Source: Pseudomonas phage PaBG. From it: a stretch of DNA of 64,000 nucleotides. Below, piece by piece: positions 1 through 8,643 of this stretch (its first letter is position 1; the number at the start of each line of letters is the position of its first letter). Made by a program: the position numbers and the translations under genes. The notes below the pieces were generated by a model. The model searched no databases and was not told the origin of the DNA. It worked only from the letters and a program-made list of their open reading frames with translations. The stretch lies in sequence record KF147891.1; one strand, written 5' to 3'.

Positions 1-110
1 GTCCTTGATGAAGTCCGGGTTCTGGGCGTTCTGTTGGCAGATGATCAGCGCCTGAAACTGATGGTCTGTCATCTGAGACTGCGGGTACTGATACAGCAGC
101 TTGAGTTCGT

Positions 111-845
111 TCACGGGCGCTTCCTCACGTTACCTTGGTGCGGGAAATACTCAGCCAGTTCTTCTTCGGTGATTTCCTGACGCAAGGTCAGGTACACCTT
201 GTAGGCGACAGCTTCGACATCCGCCTCGATGTTGTCCGCAAACACCAAGTTGCCGTATTGCAAGATGATGTCGTCGGTGTGCGCGTTGTGCGCCAGTGCA
301 ACGAGGTCTGCGCCATCAGGTCCGTACGCATACACGTCGATGTAGTCAGGGCTGCCCTCGTAGAACTGTTCCTTGCGAGAGCCAGTGAGTTGACGCTTGG
401 TCTTCACCCACTCATCGAAGTACAGCGTCCGATCAGGAGCACGCGAGTCGATAGCCAATTGGATGGCGTCTTCCGAGGCAATCGCAGCGTCCAGCGGAGT
501 GAGAGTGATCCAGGCGTCGCGCGGACGTGCTTCGCCGTGATGGGCGCTGCGCACATAACGCAGATAGGCCTGATACGCAGGCTCCATGCACAGGGCAGTG
601 CGCAGAGCATCAGCGTACGGGCAGTAGACCAAACCGATGACGATACGCTCAGCTCGACCACCGAAGGTTTGGCCACACTCGATCAGCCAGTGGGTTACGT
701 GTTCTTCACCGTCGTAGTCCTCGTTGCGCATGTTGTGGTATGCGCGGGTGAAGTTCGGGTCGGTGATGTCTGCGGCGAGCATGGAGCTCAGCGGGATGCC
801 GCTCTTGACGTGCAGGGTCTTTGCCAGTTGTCGATGCAGGTTCAT
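111..845 (-). CDS. hypothetical protein (244 aa)
   Basis: Long minus-strand ORF; GGAG RBS 9 nt before ATG at 845; no recognisable motif. Confidence 0.5.
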   Translation of the reverse strand: MNLHRQLAKTLHVKSGIPLSSMLAADITDPNFTRAYHNMRNEDYDGEEHVTHWLIECGQTFGGRAERIVIGLVYCPYADALRTALCMEPAYQAYLRYVRSAHHGEARPRDAWITLTPLDAAIASEDAIQLAIDSRAPDRTLYFDEWVKTKRQLTGSRKEQFYEGSPDYIDVYAYGPDGADLVALAHNAHTDDIILQYGNLVFADNIEADVEAVAYKVYLTLRQEITEEELAEYFPHQGNVRKRP

Positions 846-918
846 ACTACGTTCTCCAGTAGGTTATGGTTCCTGTGTCCAGTTATCAGGAACCATGTTG
901 TTGCCGGGCGCGGCAGAT

Positions 919-1194
919 TTAGCTCAGGTCAGCATTGACCAATTCGATGATTTGAGGGATCAGCTCGGACGCACACACGTTGCCGAGTTCACGCTGCATG
1001 GCGCGCAGCGGATTGGGTGTGCCATCTTCACGCAGAGTGAACGCCAGAGGAGCGTCGCCTGCCAGCTTCACGGCTTCCTCGGCGTTTACGTCACTGTGCG
1101 AAACGAACAGCGTGCGCTCCTCGCCTCCGTCAGTGTAGGTCAGTGCCAGATTTGTTGCGCGAGGTGCCACAGTTGCGATTACAAGACGGACCAT
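919..1194 (-). CDS. hypothetical small protein (~92 aa)
   Basis: ATG at 1194 with AGGAG RBS, overlaps stop of upstream gene (TGATG); N-terminal extension to 1239 lacks RBS. Confidence 0.45.
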   Translation of the reverse strand: MVRLVIATVAPRATNLALTYTDGGEERTLFVSHSDVNAEEAVKLAGDAPLAFTLREDGTPNPLRAMQRELGNVCASELIPQIIELVNADLS

Positions 1195-2066
1195 CAGATA
1201 CTCCTTACGATGCTTGGGAATTGTACGCCCTCTACCCATTGCAGAGGTACGTTGAGGTTGTTGTGATAGTAGCGAGCCAACACGCGCTGGAAGCTGATGT
1301 CGGCTTGTGTGTAGTCACGGTTGCGGCCGCCAGGCACGCTGTTCAGATCGCACTGCATACGGCGTTGCATGTGCCCGTAGAACTCAAACACCTTGCGAAC
1401 GAGCCCGTCGCGGAGCAGAGTGTCTGCTGGCAGGTAGTGATTACCGCGCAGGTACTGTACCGTGGCGTTGACTGCGGACACGCTACCGAAGGCGCTGTAG
1501 TTCTCCATGTCATTGCGCTCGGTCAAACGCGGTTTGATTTCGTGCGTTTCGAGGATATGCTCGACCATGAGACCATAGCGCAGCGCATGGATGATGCCCT
1601 TGGCGGTCAGCTTGTTCTCGCGCTTGGGCTCCAGGTTACGGTGCATCTGCGAGAAATACGCATCGACCATGGCGCGCAGATCGATGTACGCGGCAGCCGT
1701 AGCGGAAATGTGGTCGATGCAATCGCCATGGGCGAGGATCGAACCGCCTGCGAGGATTTCGTGGATGAACGCATCGCTGCGCACCAGCATGCCCATGAAC
1801 TTGCGGAAGTCGAAGCCTTGCAGCTCGAAACGCAGTCCGCCTTCGTTCGGGAACTCCAAGTCCTGGCGGAAGGTATCGTCGGTGTTGGTGACGGTGCCCA
1901 TCCAAGGCTTCTTGATGTAGACGAAGCGGATGTCGTAGTCACTGCGGTCGGTACTGTAACCCCAACTGCGACTGCCAGCTTCCCACACTGCCATGGTCAC
2001 CAGGCCGTGATCCCGCTCCAGCATTGCGATGATGCCTTTCAGGCGATCAGTAAGTGAGTATTTCAT
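1194..2066 (-). CDS. Pol-beta-superfamily nucleotidyltransferase (290 aa)
   Basis: Motif GSRSWGYSTDRSDYDIRFVY matches hG[GS]x9-13Dx[DE]h NTase signature; C-terminal helical domain; GGAGG RBS before ATG 2066. Confidence 0.55.
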   Translation of the reverse strand: MKYSLTDRLKGIIAMLERDHGLVTMAVWEAGSRSWGYSTDRSDYDIRFVYIKKPWMGTVTNTDDTFRQDLEFPNEGGLRFELQGFDFRKFMGMLVRSDAFIHEILAGGSILAHGDCIDHISATAAAYIDLRAMVDAYFSQMHRNLEPKRENKLTAKGIIHALRYGLMVEHILETHEIKPRLTERNDMENYSAFGSVSAVNATVQYLRGNHYLPADTLLRDGLVRKVFEFYGHMQRRMQCDLNSVPGGRNRDYTQADISFQRVLARYYHNNLNVPLQWVEGVQFPSIVRSI

Positions 2067-2629
2067 CAGGCCTCCAAGGCGAAGCTATCGTCGTCTGCGC
2101 AGTCAGTGTATGGGATGTTGTGCGATTCCAGGTAGTTGATGATACCTTCGCGCCGAGCGGATTTCAGATGACGAGCCAGATCGTGAGCGTTCATCCCGTC
2201 CCGTTCGACGCCACTGCGTGCTACCATGATTTGACTGTCGATTGCCTGACACAGTGCCGTGACATCCACAATAGGCACTTCAACTTTGGGACTCTCGCCC
2301 ACGACGTGCAGGCAGTTGAGCGCAATCGGTCCAAGATACTTGCGCTTGAGTTCGCGGATGCGGTCATTGTTGCGAATGACGTTGAGGCCGGAAGCATAGC
2401 CGCCAGAGGCGCTGCTGAGTGTCAGCTTCTCCAGTTCGGCCCACGGACACACAGGAACGGCAGCTTCCTTGTCCGCTGTCAGATACCACACATGCGGATT
2501 GTTTGGTGCCGGGAACGCAGCCCACATACGAACACCGCCGTGGTTGGTGTAGCGATAAGAGCTGGACTGGATGCCGAGTTCTTCGGCAGTGTAGATACGA
2601 ACCGGTGTTCCAGAAACGATTTTGGTCAT
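2066..2629 (-). CDS. hypothetical protein (187 aa)
   Basis: ORF with AAGGCAAGG RBS; start overlaps stop of downstream gene. Confidence 0.5.
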   Translation of the reverse strand: MTKIVSGTPVRIYTAEELGIQSSSYRYTNHGGVRMWAAFPAPNNPHVWYLTADKEAAVPVCPWAELEKLTLSSASGGYASGLNVIRNNDRIRELKRKYLGPIALNCLHVVGESPKVEVPIVDVTALCQAIDSQIMVARSGVERDGMNAHDLARHLKSARREGIINYLESHNIPYTDCADDDSFALEA

Positions 2630-2638
2630 GGCCTTGCC

Positions 2639-3352
2639 TTATCCGAAGGGGTTGGTCTTACGTTCTACCAGGATGCCGTACTTGTCCAGTCGCTCGTACA
2701 ACAGGTCGAGTTCCTCTGGCTGCAACTGGCTCATCAGGTTCTCCAGTACCTTGCGCCATTGCTCGACCAGAACTTTCGGTATCTGCTGTATCTTGCCGAA
2801 GCGATCCGGCGCGTAGATCGCTTCCACAGTGTCAGCGATAAACTCGATGGTCTGCCGGCGCAAACGCATCGGGTCGGTATCGGACCAGTGTTCGATGACG
2901 TGAGGCATCAGCAATTGCGGAAGACCGTGGTGGCCAATCTGCGAATGCTCTCGGTGTGCCCACATCATCTTGGTAATGCTGTCGATGTTGTCGCGCACGA
3001 CATCCAGCGCGGACATCACCTCGCCCGCCTTGTCGTACAGCCCGTCGTGTGCAGTTTGCACCAACTCTTTGGCGGCAGCCAAGCCTGCAGCACGCACGGT
3101 GTCCAGCCCTTCTGCACGAAAGCGGTGATCGGCGTAGGCTTTGGCGAGACGCGAGACTACTTCCTCGAAGGAGCTGATCGGCAGCACGTAGCCGTTGACC
3201 TCGATCTTCACCGACATGGACTTAACATCGTACCCGGGCACCTTGACAACTTTCTCGATGAACTCGTCGCCACTGTGCAACAACAACCAAGCCAGTACAC
3301 TTTGGCGGTTACGCTCGGCTGCATGGAAGTCAAACTGTTCAGTGTTGCTCAT
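2639..3352 (-). CDS. hypothetical protein (~238 aa)
   Basis: ATG at 3352 preceded by GGAG RBS; ORF-track N-terminal extension to 3523 overlaps neighbour and has no RBS. Confidence 0.5.
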   Translation of the reverse strand: MSNTEQFDFHAAERNRQSVLAWLLLHSGDEFIEKVVKVPGYDVKSMSVKIEVNGYVLPISSFEEVVSRLAKAYADHRFRAEGLDTVRAAGLAAAKELVQTAHDGLYDKAGEVMSALDVVRDNIDSITKMMWAHREHSQIGHHGLPQLLMPHVIEHWSDTDPMRLRRQTIEFIADTVEAIYAPDRFGKIQQIPKVLVEQWRKVLENLMSQLQPEELDLLYERLDKYGILVERKTNPFG

Positions 3353-3773
3353 ACGGGTTCTCCAGAGCACGGCGCAGCTCGACACTGCGGATGGGTTCTT
3401 GGTCAGCGACCGCTGCTGTGATTGCCATGCAGATGGCGTGCATTTCGGTGTAGTAGCCGCTGGTATCGACCTTGACGGTAAACTCACCACCACCAAGCCC
3501 GAAGCGCATGCCGATGACTTCAACGGAACACGGGTTCACCTTGAGGTCGTAACGCTTCGCAGCCAGCAGCATCATCGCCTGCTGGATATTGTTCGCAGGA
3601 TCAAACTCCAGCGTCAATCGGATGCTGCGATCAACGCTCATCGGGTCGATGTACGTCGCCATCCAACGGCCAGAGTTGGGTATCCCAGGTTGCAGCGGGT
3701 CGGGCTTCCACACAATCGGCAAGCCAACAGCCTTAGCTGCGCGTTCCACCATACGCTTGTATTGACTGTGCAT
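3339..3773 (-). CDS. hypothetical protein (~145 aa)
   Basis: ATG at 3773 overlapping stop of upstream gene (TGATG); Gly-rich central segment. Confidence 0.4.
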   Translation of the reverse strand: MHSQYKRMVERAAKAVGLPIVWKPDPLQPGIPNSGRWMATYIDPMSVDRSIRLTLEFDPANNIQQAMMLLAAKRYDLKVNPCSVEVIGMRFGLGGGEFTVKVDTSGYYTEMHAICMAITAAVADQEPIRSVELRRALENPYEQH

Positions 3774-4375
3774 CACTTCACCCCAGGCTTCTTGTCTTCG
3801 ATGGAAGTCCACTCAAACCACACCTCGTACTCGCCAGGTTCGTTCAACCAGTAACTGAGTTCGAGGCCGGTGATATGGCCGAGTTCGTTGGTCTCGTTCT
3901 GCAGGTGTGTGACCGCACCCCAGCTGCCGTCTTCCCGTTCGCGCTTGAGTTCGCTGATCGGACAGCCTGGAATCATCTTGCCATCGACGTTCTTGAGGAT
4001 GCTGACCTGCGTTTTCCACGGGTCGCATTCTTTCGGGTACGGCACCTGAACAGTGGCAGGCACGTCGATCTTGAACGCGCTAGAGATACGGCGCTGCACC
4101 TCGTACACAGGCTTGCAGGACATAACCACGGCAGGCGCAGTGATCAGTGTGTGCGTACGGCGATCGGTGCGAACGTAACGCGCATAACCGCCGTAAGTTG
4201 ACGCCAGATGACGCGGACATGCTTCGTTGCGCTCAAACTCGAAGATGGTCGGACCTAGGGCATACTCCTTAGGCCAGGTATAACCGCCGTTGTACCCGAA
4301 GCTAACGCCAATCAACAGGTAGTCTTTGTGGCGTTGGTCTACGCTCATGGCGCTGTGCGGAATAATCAAACTCAT
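3773..4375 (-). CDS. hypothetical protein (~200 aa)
   Basis: ATG 4375 with GGAG RBS (ggataaGGAGtttgcagATG); first gene downstream of conserved 23-bp box at 4453-4475. Confidence 0.55.
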   Translation of the reverse strand: MSLIIPHSAMSVDQRHKDYLLIGVSFGYNGGYTWPKEYALGPTIFEFERNEACPRHLASTYGGYARYVRTDRRTHTLITAPAVVMSCKPVYEVQRRISSAFKIDVPATVQVPYPKECDPWKTQVSILKNVDGKMIPGCPISELKREREDGSWGAVTHLQNETNELGHITGLELSYWLNEPGEYEVWFEWTSIEDKKPGVK

Positions 4376-4404
4376 CTGCAAACTCCTTATCCTTACCAAT
4401 AGGT

Positions 4405-4413
4405 GTAACCACT
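4405..4413 (-). promoter_or_regulatory. AGTGGTTAC box 39 nt downstream of conserved box
   Basis: Same 9-mer at identical spacing (40 nt) after copy 3. Confidence 0.4.
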
Positions 4414-4452
4414 ATGCCATAGAGAACTTGCGCTCTCGCACGTCCAGTTTAG

Positions 4453-4475
4453 CATAACTGCAATCAGTAGTCTAC
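4453..4475 (-). promoter_or_regulatory. conserved 23-bp box, copy 1 (GTAGACTACTGATTGCAGTTATG)
   Basis: Near-identical copies at 5160-5182 and 20624-20646; intergenic; ~80 nt upstream of ATG 4375. Confidence 0.5.
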
Positions 4476-4492
4476 GGCGATAGCGGTTATGT

Positions 4493-4954
4493 TTATTGCT
4501 GAGGTTTCTCTCGCACCGACTCGACGGTGAAGCGCAGGTTGCCTTGCAGCGACATAACCAGCAGGCGAATCAAATCGGCAGTGTACCCGAGCCGCCGATG
4601 GGCGTTGTTCAATGCGTTTGAAACGATGTTGGTTTCCGTCGTGGAAATCTCTGCCAGCACTTTGCCGATGGAGTTGCGCGCCTGCGTTGCAAAGATCGTG
4701 ACCTGCATCGCCAGCGCTTGATACAGTGTTGCCTGTTGCCTGACATCGAACTCGATCTGGATAGGCAAGCGATCTTGCCAACCGTTGTCAACAATGGCGT
4801 GCAGTCGGCGAACAGCACGTCCGGTTGGGCAGTTTCCGAGTACACCATACTGGCCAATTAGCGGCTGCAAGATGTCTACAGCCCAAGCGCGATGTATTAG
4901 GCACTCTTGTACAGCCTGACCGGCCTGATCAATTACTTTGAAGTTGAGGTTCAT
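4493..4954 (-). CDS. hypothetical protein (153 aa)
   Basis: Strong RBS AGGAGAAGG before ATG 4954. Confidence 0.55.
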   Translation of the reverse strand: MNLNFKVIDQAGQAVQECLIHRAWAVDILQPLIGQYGVLGNCPTGRAVRRLHAIVDNGWQDRLPIQIEFDVRQQATLYQALAMQVTIFATQARNSIGKVLAEISTTETNIVSNALNNAHRRLGYTADLIRLLVMSLQGNLRFTVESVREKPQQ

Positions 4955-5162
4955 TGCCTTCTCCTGCGTCGCTCCAGTAATACGCCATGATCGAAGTAAC
5001 AGTTCGTCCGACCTCGCGTTGCGCTTGCTGGTCGACCGTTGGCAGCTTGTTCCACCAGTTCATGGCAGCACGCATACGGTCTACGGTTGACGTGCATTTG
5101 GCGTTCCTAGCTCGATGAGCAGCCAGCCTATCGAACCATTCTTTCTCTGTCATCTGTTCCAT
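4929..5162 (-). CDS. hypothetical small protein (77 aa), possibly leaderless
   Basis: ATG is the last 3 nt of the conserved 23-bp box; no SD; overlaps next gene by 26 nt. Confidence 0.3.
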   Translation of the reverse strand: MEQMTEKEWFDRLAAHRARNAKCTSTVDRMRAAMNWWNKLPTVDQQAQREVGRTVTSIMAYYWSDAGEGNEPQLQSN

Positions 5163-5182
5163 AACTGCAATCAGTCGTCCAC
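5160..5182 (-). promoter_or_regulatory. conserved 23-bp box, copy 2 (GTGGACGACTGATTGCAGTTATG)
   Basis: Immediately downstream of terminator 5189-5228; its ATG coincides with start of ORF 4929-5162. Confidence 0.5.
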
Positions 5183-5188
5183 AGTGGA

Positions 5189-5228
5189 TAAGAAAAAGGC
5201 GGTGGGACCGCTAGATCGCACCGCCTTG
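5189..5228 (-). terminator. intrinsic terminator
   Basis: 9-bp stem AAGGCGGTG/CACCGCCTT with loop, followed on coding strand by TTTTTCTTATC. Confidence 0.7.
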
Positions 5229-5230
5229 GT

Positions 5231-5737
5231 TTAGTTGCTGACCCGATTGATCAGCCGATTGAAAAGCTGCGCCTCACGTTCGTGAGCCAGGTGCAGCCTC
5301 TCCATGGTAGCCTGCACGTCTGCAAAAGAGACGTTGCCGAGAATGACACGCGCCTCTTGGCAGTGAGTCTCGATGAACCGCAGTTTGTTTTGCACCACGT
5401 TGTGCCTGCCGCCGAGTTCTTGGTTCTCCAGCTCCTTCGCAACCATACTACGGGCGGCATCGATTTCGTTCAATAGCTGCATGGTCGCGGCAAGCGCCTT
5501 GGTGTACTGCTTGATGTCTTCCTGTCGGTACGCATAGAGCTCCGACGTGAAGGTCTGTGCCGTGGTGAGGGTGTCGTGGCACATGCTCTTTGTTTGATCA
5601 AACAGCGCCAGAGATTCGTTGCGTGCCGCGCGCAATGCGTTCTTGGCAATGCGCAGCTTGTTGTGCAGCACGGTCAGGTAGATCGCACCGCCAACAGCCA
5701 GGATGAGTGTGATGAAGTTGGCCCAGGAGAAGCTCAT
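5231..5737 (-). CDS. membrane-anchored coiled-coil protein (168 aa)
   Basis: N-terminal hydrophobic helix (ANFITLILAVGGAIYLTVL) then long helical region; followed by a strong intrinsic terminator. Confidence 0.5.
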   Translation of the reverse strand: MSFSWANFITLILAVGGAIYLTVLHNKLRIAKNALRAARNESLALFDQTKSMCHDTLTTAQTFTSELYAYRQEDIKQYTKALAATMQLLNEIDAARSMVAKELENQELGGRHNVVQNKLRFIETHCQEARVILGNVSFADVQATMERLHLAHEREAQLFNRLINRVSN

Positions 5738-5765
5738 AGATAGTCACCGTACTGTTTTCAGTAGT

Positions 5766-6131
5766 TCACAGTTTCTTGTACGCCTGCGGGTCTTCGCGTG
5801 TTGGGTCGATCACGTACCCGTGCTTGATGCACCACTGCTGCAACGGAGGGTACCGCACCTCTTCGATGCGCACACCGTCGTAGCCGTGTTCTTTAGCCAA
5901 GCGCTCGATTGCTATGACCAGTTCTTTGAAATAGCCCTTGCCCTTGTCGGCTTCGCGGGTCAGGTAAACATGGCTGATGCCGACAGCCCACTTCCACTGT
6001 CGCGTTTCAACATCCAGATGGTACTCGCCAGCACGAAGGTAAATGTGGATGTTGTGATCTTCAAACCAAAGGGACCGCGTGTGGCTTGCGGTCCTTTGAG
6101 TTTCGATGAATTGGCGAATTGCCTCCATCAT
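5766..6131 (-). CDS. small GNAT-like acetyltransferase (121 aa), tentative
   Basis: Segment KGKGYFKELVIAIERLAKEHGYDGVRIE resembles acetyl-CoA binding motif A region; weak. Confidence 0.3.
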   Translation of the reverse strand: MMEAIRQFIETQRTASHTRSLWFEDHNIHIYLRAGEYHLDVETRQWKWAVGISHVYLTREADKGKGYFKELVIAIERLAKEHGYDGVRIEEVRYPPLQQWCIKHGYVIDPTREDPQAYKKL

Positions 6132-6355
6132 ATGCGGATGACCTCAGGTTCGATGTCGAAGTTGTCGCGCACATACTGAACACCCATGCCTTTCGACACT
6201 TCCATGCTCAGCATCTGCGGACTTCCGTCGTACGGAAACACGGCGAGAGGCAGGTCCGTTTCGAGCCGCACAAGATCGGTACCGTGCTGCTCGATGACGA
6301 GGACTCGCGTGATCTTGAAGGGCGCGTTTGCACCCTTCCGATCTTTTCTACCCAT
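6128..6355 (-). CDS. hypothetical small protein (75 aa)
   Basis: AGGAG RBS before ATG 6355. Confidence 0.45.
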   Translation of the reverse strand: MGRKDRKGANAPFKITRVLVIEQHGTDLVRLETDLPLAVFPYDGSPQMLSMEVSKGMGVQYVRDNFDIEPEVIRI

Positions 6356-6364
6356 ACGCTCTCC

Positions 6365-6784
6365 TTAGCTACCGGCAGGCAGCGCTGCGCGATACAGGGT
6401 CGGACCCTTGGCGCCGTCTTTGCCCAGGTTGGTCAGGCCGGACGACGGCTCTTTCGCTGCCTTGGCGAACAGGCCGGCGTACTTGGTGACTTCTTTCGTC
6501 TCGGCACTCGCGAGCGGCTCGAAGCCTTCGATCAGGTCCTTGAAAGTGAACTTGCCTTCGCGCACGCGAGCCAGCGCCAGCAGTTGCTCGACGGTCTGCT
6601 GCTGCTCGGACTTCGGAGCTTCCGCCACAGTGGTCTTCACAGGAGCCAGCGTCGGGTCAGTAGTCAGCAGGAACTCGTTGAAGCGTTCGGCCAGGTGCTG
6701 GTTGAAGTCACGGCCGAGTTCTTCGGCTTCTTCTGCGGTTTTGATGATTGCACGATCTTCGACGATCAGGAGAATGAATGCCAT
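6365..6784 (-). CDS. hypothetical protein (139 aa)
   Basis: AAGGAA RBS before ATG 6784. Confidence 0.5.
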   Translation of the reverse strand: MAFILLIVEDRAIIKTAEEAEELGRDFNQHLAERFNEFLLTTDPTLAPVKTTVAEAPKSEQQQTVEQLLALARVREGKFTFKDLIEGFEPLASAETKEVTKYAGLFAKAAKEPSSGLTNLGKDGAKGPTLYRAALPAGS

Positions 6785-6798
6785 GATGCTTTCCTTTT

Positions 6799-6927
6799 TC
6801 AGAGTTTGTGGAACAGTGCCATTAGGCGATCCAGTTCGCAGCTTTGCGGCTGCGGTTTCTGGGGTTGCTGTACAACAGGCTTCGCAGCCTGTTTGGGTTG
6901 AATCGGTGTTGCAGGTTTCTGTTGCAT
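6799..6927 (-). CDS. possible small Q/P/K-rich ORF (42 aa)
   Basis: ATG 6927 with GGAA 6 nt upstream; MQQKPATPIQPKQAAKPVVQQPQKPQPQSCELDRLMALFHKL; lies in a 207-bp gap between terminator and next gene. Confidence 0.2.
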   Translation of the reverse strand: MQQKPATPIQPKQAAKPVVQQPQKPQPQSCELDRLMALFHKL

Positions 6928-6944
6928 TTTATTTCCATGCGGTA

Positions 6945-6975
6945 AAAGCGATGGGGCGATCCCATCGCTTGTTTA
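6945..6975 (-). terminator. intrinsic terminator (bidirectional-looking)
   Basis: Stem GCGATGGG/CCCATCGC (6948-6968) flanked by A-run and T-run. Confidence 0.6.
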
Positions 6976-6991
6976 CACTACAGCAATGGCG

Positions 6992-8608
6992 TCACTCCAT
7001 ACGATCCAGAATGTAGACCGTCTTACCCGTCTTGGAAGTCACACGCACGCGCACCTGCTGGTTGGTATGCCCGATGAAGTGCAGACCAGCCGCCTCCTGC
7101 TCATCGACGTGCGTGAGCTGACCGTCGTTGCTGTACGCTTCGATGGTGGAGCGGATTTCGTGCAGTTCGTGGCGCAGGTCTTCGGCGAAGATGGCCAAGC
7201 CCGCATCCGAGGTGTCTTGTGCACCGTCGAGCACGAACAGCACGCCGTTCTTCGGGAAGCCCTGCGGATCATTCCACTCCCAGGGCATCTTGGCAATGCC
7301 GACGACCTCGTTGAAGTCGCTTTCGAGCAGACCGAAGTGTCGCCCGAACTGACCCTTGGTGTGAACGTAGAAGCTCACAGGGTTGCGAGCATCTTCGCGG
7401 TCCCAGCGCACAAGCGGCGGCGCGTCCTTGTTGACGGCAGTCACCATGGCACCCAGTGCATGGCGAGAGGAGCCGATGTAGACTTCCATCTTGAGGGCAT
7501 CAGGCAGAACGGTACGGGCAAACTTCGCCCAAGTGATTTCACCACCTTTGATCGTCGGCAGCTCTTTCGCCTGAGTGCGCTTCTCATCCTTCGTCACCAG
7601 ATGACCGAACACACCGTCCTTGGGTTTGCTTTGTGCAACTGCCTTCGGCGTCCAGAGAGTTTGAATCTCGGACATACCGGCCCAGCGCCGCTCCAGTGCC
7701 AGCTCCAGATTCAACTGGGAAATCAGCACTTCGGCGCGGCTCACATTGCCGGCAGTGGGTGCAGCCGTCGGCCGCATGTACTTGTCAGGAGCCGTACGCT
7801 CGTTGAAGTCGGCAATCGCAGCTTCAACGCTTTCACCGCCGATCAGGTCGTCCAGCAGTTTACCCAGAACGGTCGTCCGCGGCGAACATAGCGCACTGTT
7901 GGCCGAGGCCACGATGCGCCACAGCACGTTCGTACGGCGCGACTTGACTTTGCTTGCGTTGGCGATCTTGTTCTTGGCTTCGATCAGGAACTGGATCGTC
8001 GGCAGAAACTCCTGATGGCGATTCAGCTTCTCGGTCTTGAGCAGATGTTCTACCTGCTCCAAGTACACCATGTCGTACTCGCTGAGCGCACGCTTGAGGG
8101 TCTTGAAGTCCTCGCCTTTAGAGGCTTCCATAGCCATGGCCGTAGTGAGACTACCTTTCGGCATCTGCACGTTGCCGCCATCGAGGATGATGCCGAAGTG
8201 CGGGAAGCCATTCGTTTCGATGTGACCCAGAGTAGCGTACTCGCTGTATGCGACGCCCGTGACTTGCGCACCCTTGAGTCGCGTCTCCAGATGATGGATC
8301 GCGTCCTGGTAGTCGTCAGTCGCCTCGTCTGCATCCCAGAACGCTGGGACCAGATCACCGGCGGGTGTGATGAACACCAGATTGCCCCACTGGCGCATGA
8401 ACTCGCGGCAGGCGGTGCAGTCGTGCTCTTTGCGCAGCTCCGGCGTATCGAACGTCTCCAGATAGCCGCTGCTCAGGTGCTTGACGTGACCAACGCGGAA
8501 CAGGTTAGGGCCGTACTTCGCCATCTTGGCGTGGAAGGCCGCGTGCAGGTTGGTCGCCGTTTCGCGGAAGGTGTCGATGCTGTGTTGCGACGGTGTCTTC
8601 GATTTCAT
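6992..8608 (-). CDS. large hypothetical protein (538 aa)
   Basis: Long ORF with RBS; no motif recognised by eye; followed by hairpin terminator 6948-6968. Confidence 0.55.
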   Translation of the reverse strand: MKSKTPSQHSIDTFRETATNLHAAFHAKMAKYGPNLFRVGHVKHLSSGYLETFDTPELRKEHDCTACREFMRQWGNLVFITPAGDLVPAFWDADEATDDYQDAIHHLETRLKGAQVTGVAYSEYATLGHIETNGFPHFGIILDGGNVQMPKGSLTTAMAMEASKGEDFKTLKRALSEYDMVYLEQVEHLLKTEKLNRHQEFLPTIQFLIEAKNKIANASKVKSRRTNVLWRIVASANSALCSPRTTVLGKLLDDLIGGESVEAAIADFNERTAPDKYMRPTAAPTAGNVSRAEVLISQLNLELALERRWAGMSEIQTLWTPKAVAQSKPKDGVFGHLVTKDEKRTQAKELPTIKGGEITWAKFARTVLPDALKMEVYIGSSRHALGAMVTAVNKDAPPLVRWDREDARNPVSFYVHTKGQFGRHFGLLESDFNEVVGIAKMPWEWNDPQGFPKNGVLFVLDGAQDTSDAGLAIFAEDLRHELHEIRSTIEAYSNDGQLTHVDEQEAAGLHFIGHTNQQVRVRVTSKTGKTVYILDRME

Positions 8609-8643
8609 GTTCTTCTCTCTTTTTCAGTAGATAGCACGACTGT

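Noticed and set aside
2054-3421. Long plus-strand ORFs (e.g. 2054-3421 455 aa, 37570-39252 560 aa, 51023-52921 632 aa, 52969-55032 687 aa)
   Set aside because: All lie antisense to well-supported minus-strand genes (sheath, capsid, hub, etc.). They lack RBSs, have Arg/Ala/Gly-rich low-complexity translations typical of high-GC antisense frames, and would break the otherwise uniform strand organisation.
4440-4480. Sigma70-type -35/-10 reading of the conserved 23-bp box
   Set aside because: No TTGACA/TATAAT-like hexamers at 16-18 bp spacing could be aligned consistently across the three copies.
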